20,000 nt of DNA from a bacterium (GTDB lineage: Bacteria; JADJOY01), in contig JAXLQJ010000035.1 of the NCBI GenBank assembly GCA_046331705.1, forward strand, positions 60,474 through 80,473, in the 5' to 3' direction. The notes under the pieces were generated by a model. The model saw nothing but the letters and a program-made list of their open reading frames with translations, was not told where the DNA came from and did no database searches. The stretch's first letter is position 1; each line of letters begins with the position of its first letter. Shown here piece by piece: positions 17,927-20,000 of this stretch. Position numbers and translations under genes: made by a program.

Positions 17927-18168
17927 CCACGGGAGCAGCGAGCGCGGTGTTGCGATGTCGGCACCGCCGGACCCCGCGACCCGACAAGCCGAGGACCACG
18001 GACATGCGATCGTTTGTGGCGAATCCACGCGCGGCCGAAGCCGAGACGCCCCCCGAGCGCGCGAATCCCCTCGCGTCTCGACCCTCCCGAATCTGGGATC
18101 GCCTGGGACTGCGGGCGAGGCCGCGGTCCGATACGCTGGCGCACACGGTCCGATCCGGGGCTCGATCG

Positions 18169-19143
18169 ATGAACGACGCACCCGAAGAACCCCACGACGA
18201 TCGCACCGACACGCTCACACCCGGCGATCTCGCCAAGAAGCTCGGCACCAACCCGAGCCTGCGCGTGCCGGCCCTGCGGAGCCATGCGCGCCGCGCCGCG
18301 CTCGTGGTGATTCACGGCCCCGGGCTCGGCCGTGCGCTGGTGCTCGCGAAAGAGGGAGTGGTGCTCACCGTCGGCCGCAACCCCGAGGCGGCGTTGGTGC
18401 TCCACGACTCCACCGTGTCTCGCGAGCACGCCGAGATCCGCACCAGTCGCGCACCCAACGGTGGCCTCGCGGTGCGCATCCGCGACCTCGGCGGTCGCAA
18501 CGGTACCTACGTGAACGGCTACCGCGTTCGCGAGGCGAATCTCGAGCACGGCGACAAGCTTCAGCTCGGCGAGGTGATCGTCCGGTTCGACCTGCTCGAC
18601 GATCTCGACCTCTCGTATCAAGAGGCGATCGCCGAGAAGGTCGGCGAGGTCGACCTCGATCCCGCCACGGGGCTTCACTCCAAACGCTTCTATCTGCGCG
18701 AGCTGCCCGAGCGCATCCAGGATTGGCTCGCGCTCCGGCTGACCTACGCCATCGCGGTGGTCGATCTCGATCGCTTCAAGGAGGTCAACGATCGCCACGG
18801 GCACGAGGCCGGCGATCGCGTGCTCGGCGCCGTCGGCCAGGCGATCCGCGCGGAGGTGCGGCGCGCCGACATCGCCGTGCGATTCGGCGGCGACGAGCTG
18901 GTGCTGGTGCTGCCCGGCGCCGATCTCTCGGAGGCGCGCATCGTGGCGAGCCGCGTCCGCGCCGCGGTGCGCGCCGACGTGGCGCGCATGGCCGCGATCG
19001 ACGAGCCCATCACCGTCACCGTCGGCGTGGCCGCGCACCATGGCGAGGACTCCCTGGAGCAGGTGTTCGAGCGCGCGGACGCGGCACTGCGCCGCGCCAA
19101 GCGCTCGGGCCGCGACCGGGTCGCGTGCGACGGCGACGAATGA
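18169..19143 (+). CDS. FHA-domain diguanylate cyclase (GGDEF)
   Basis: FHA motifs VGR, VSREHA, DLGGRNGTYVNG, GD. GGDEF domain DPATGL, DLDRFKEVNDRHGHEAGD, RRAD, RFGGDEL, RADAAL..AKRSGR. An in-frame ATG at 18004 has a better SD (GAGGA) and is an alternative start. Confidence 0.93.
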   Translation: MNDAPEEPHDDRTDTLTPGDLAKKLGTNPSLRVPALRSHARRAALVVIHGPGLGRALVLAKEGVVLTVGRNPEAALVLHDSTVSREHAEIRTSRAPNGGLAVRIRDLGGRNGTYVNGYRVREANLEHGDKLQLGEVIVRFDLLDDLDLSYQEAIAEKVGEVDLDPATGLHSKRFYLRELPERIQDWLALRLTYAIAVVDLDRFKEVNDRHGHEAGDRVLGAVGQAIRAEVRRADIAVRFGGDELVLVLPGADLSEARIVASRVRAAVRADVARMAAIDEPITVTVGVAAHHGEDSLEQVFERADAALRRAKRSGRDRVACDGDE

Positions 19144-19219
19144 GCGGCACCGCGCGCACGCACGCGGGCCCGAGGTGGCCGCGAGCACGGTGCAGCGCAG
19201 CCCATCGGGAGACACGTCC

Positions 19220-19645
19220 ATGATCGTCCCAGCCCTCAGCCACGAAGAGCTCGTCGAGATGATCCTCGACGTCACCGACCGCCCCGAGCGTCGTCGCCAT
19301 CACCGACGCCGCGTCCGCCGGCTCGTGCGGGTCCAAACCGACGCAGGCGAGTGGCGCGCGCATTCGGTGGACCTGAGCGCCGGGGGCATCCTCCTCGAGC
19401 TCGCCGAGGCGCCGCTGCCAGCGGTCCCGGGGAGGCTCGAGGTCACGTTCGGGCTGCCCGGAACGGATCGCCAGATCACCCTCGACGCGCGACCCGTGCG
19501 TCTCCTCGCTCCCGCGTCGGGCACGCGACCTCCGCCCTTGCTGGCGGCGGTGTTCCTGCATCGCGATCACGACTCGGTACAGGTGCTGGAGAGCGCGCTC
19601 GCGCGTTTCCAGACCGCCTCGGGCGCCACCGATCACGCCGCGTGA
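19220..19645 (+). CDS. PilZ-domain protein (c-di-GMP receptor)
   Basis: ERRRHHR (RxxxR) followed by DLSAGG (DxSxxG). ATG at 19220 with GGGAGA SD. Confidence 0.85.
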   Translation: MIVPALSHEELVEMILDVTDRPERRRHHRRRVRRLVRVQTDAGEWRAHSVDLSAGGILLELAEAPLPAVPGRLEVTFGLPGTDRQITLDARPVRLLAPASGTRPPPLLAAVFLHRDHDSVQVLESALARFQTASGATDHAA

Positions 19646-19717
19646 CGCGCGCCACGCCGGGCGTCCGCGCTTCCGGCGCAGTCCTCGCCTGCGCTACTGT
19701 CGCCACGCTTGCGGGCG

Positions 19718-20000
19718 ATGGAGAAGCGAGTGCGGCGCATGCGAGGGAAGATCGCGCTGGCGACGGCGTGGGTGCTCGTCGCGACGGGATGCGGCAGCGA
19801 CGGCGGGGCGCACGCGGCGCGCGGCGCGTTCCGCTTCACGGGCGCGATCGAGGGATTCTACGGCCCTCCATACGCCGCCGCGGACCGTCTCGCGCTCATC
19901 GACGTGTTGGCCGAGTCCGGGCTCGACCACTACGTCTACGCGCCGAAGAACGATCCGTTCCACCGCTCGCGGTGGCGCGAGCCCTATCCCGCCGATCAGC
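19718..20000 (+). CDS. GH84 beta-N-acetylglucosaminidase (O-GlcNAcase/hyaluronidase family), probable lipoprotein; 3' truncated
   Basis: Manual translation: ...LVATG/CGSD...GAIEGFYGPPY...DRL...YVYAPKNDPFHRSRWREPYP, the GH84 N-terminal signature. Start at 19718 or 19739. Confidence 0.9.
   Translation, partial: MEKRVRRMRGKIALATAWVLVATGCGSDGGAHAARGAFRFTGAIEGFYGPPYAAADRLALIDVLAESGLDHYVYAPKNDPFHRSRWREPYPADQ

Overview
GC-rich bacterial window; the gene mix (FHA-GGDEF, CarH-like regulator, sigma54 promoters, OprI/Lpp-like lipoprotein) suggests a diderm such as a Myxococcota/Desulfobacterota-like or related lineage (inference only). About 21 credible CDSs, in order: partial MaoC dehydratase; ArsB/NhaD-type anion transporter; hemerythrin-domain protein; amidohydrolase; a light/UV-stress neighbourhood (two SRPBCC proteins flanking a B12-dependent CarH/LitR-type MerR regulator, DUF523-DUF1722/YbgA, short CbiX, class II CPD photolyase); an envelope-tethering trio (two YkuD L,D-transpeptidase-family genes plus an Lpp/OprI-like lipoprotein ending in Lys); small membrane protein plus NodU/CmcH carbamoyltransferase; saccharopine-dehydrogenase-like reductase; FrsA-like hydrolase; DUF362 protein; FHA-GGDEF cyclase, PilZ protein and a partial GH84 lipoprotein. 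The best signal not explained by genes is an apparently gene-free sigma54 transcription unit at about 436-810 (palindromic enhancer-like sites, -24/-12 promoter, long stem with an A/C-rich loop, terminator-like hairpin), a candidate undescribed small RNA. Its promoter is nearly identical to a second sigma54 promoter in front of the c-di-GMP genes. No CRISPR, tRNA, rRNA or mobile element was seen.
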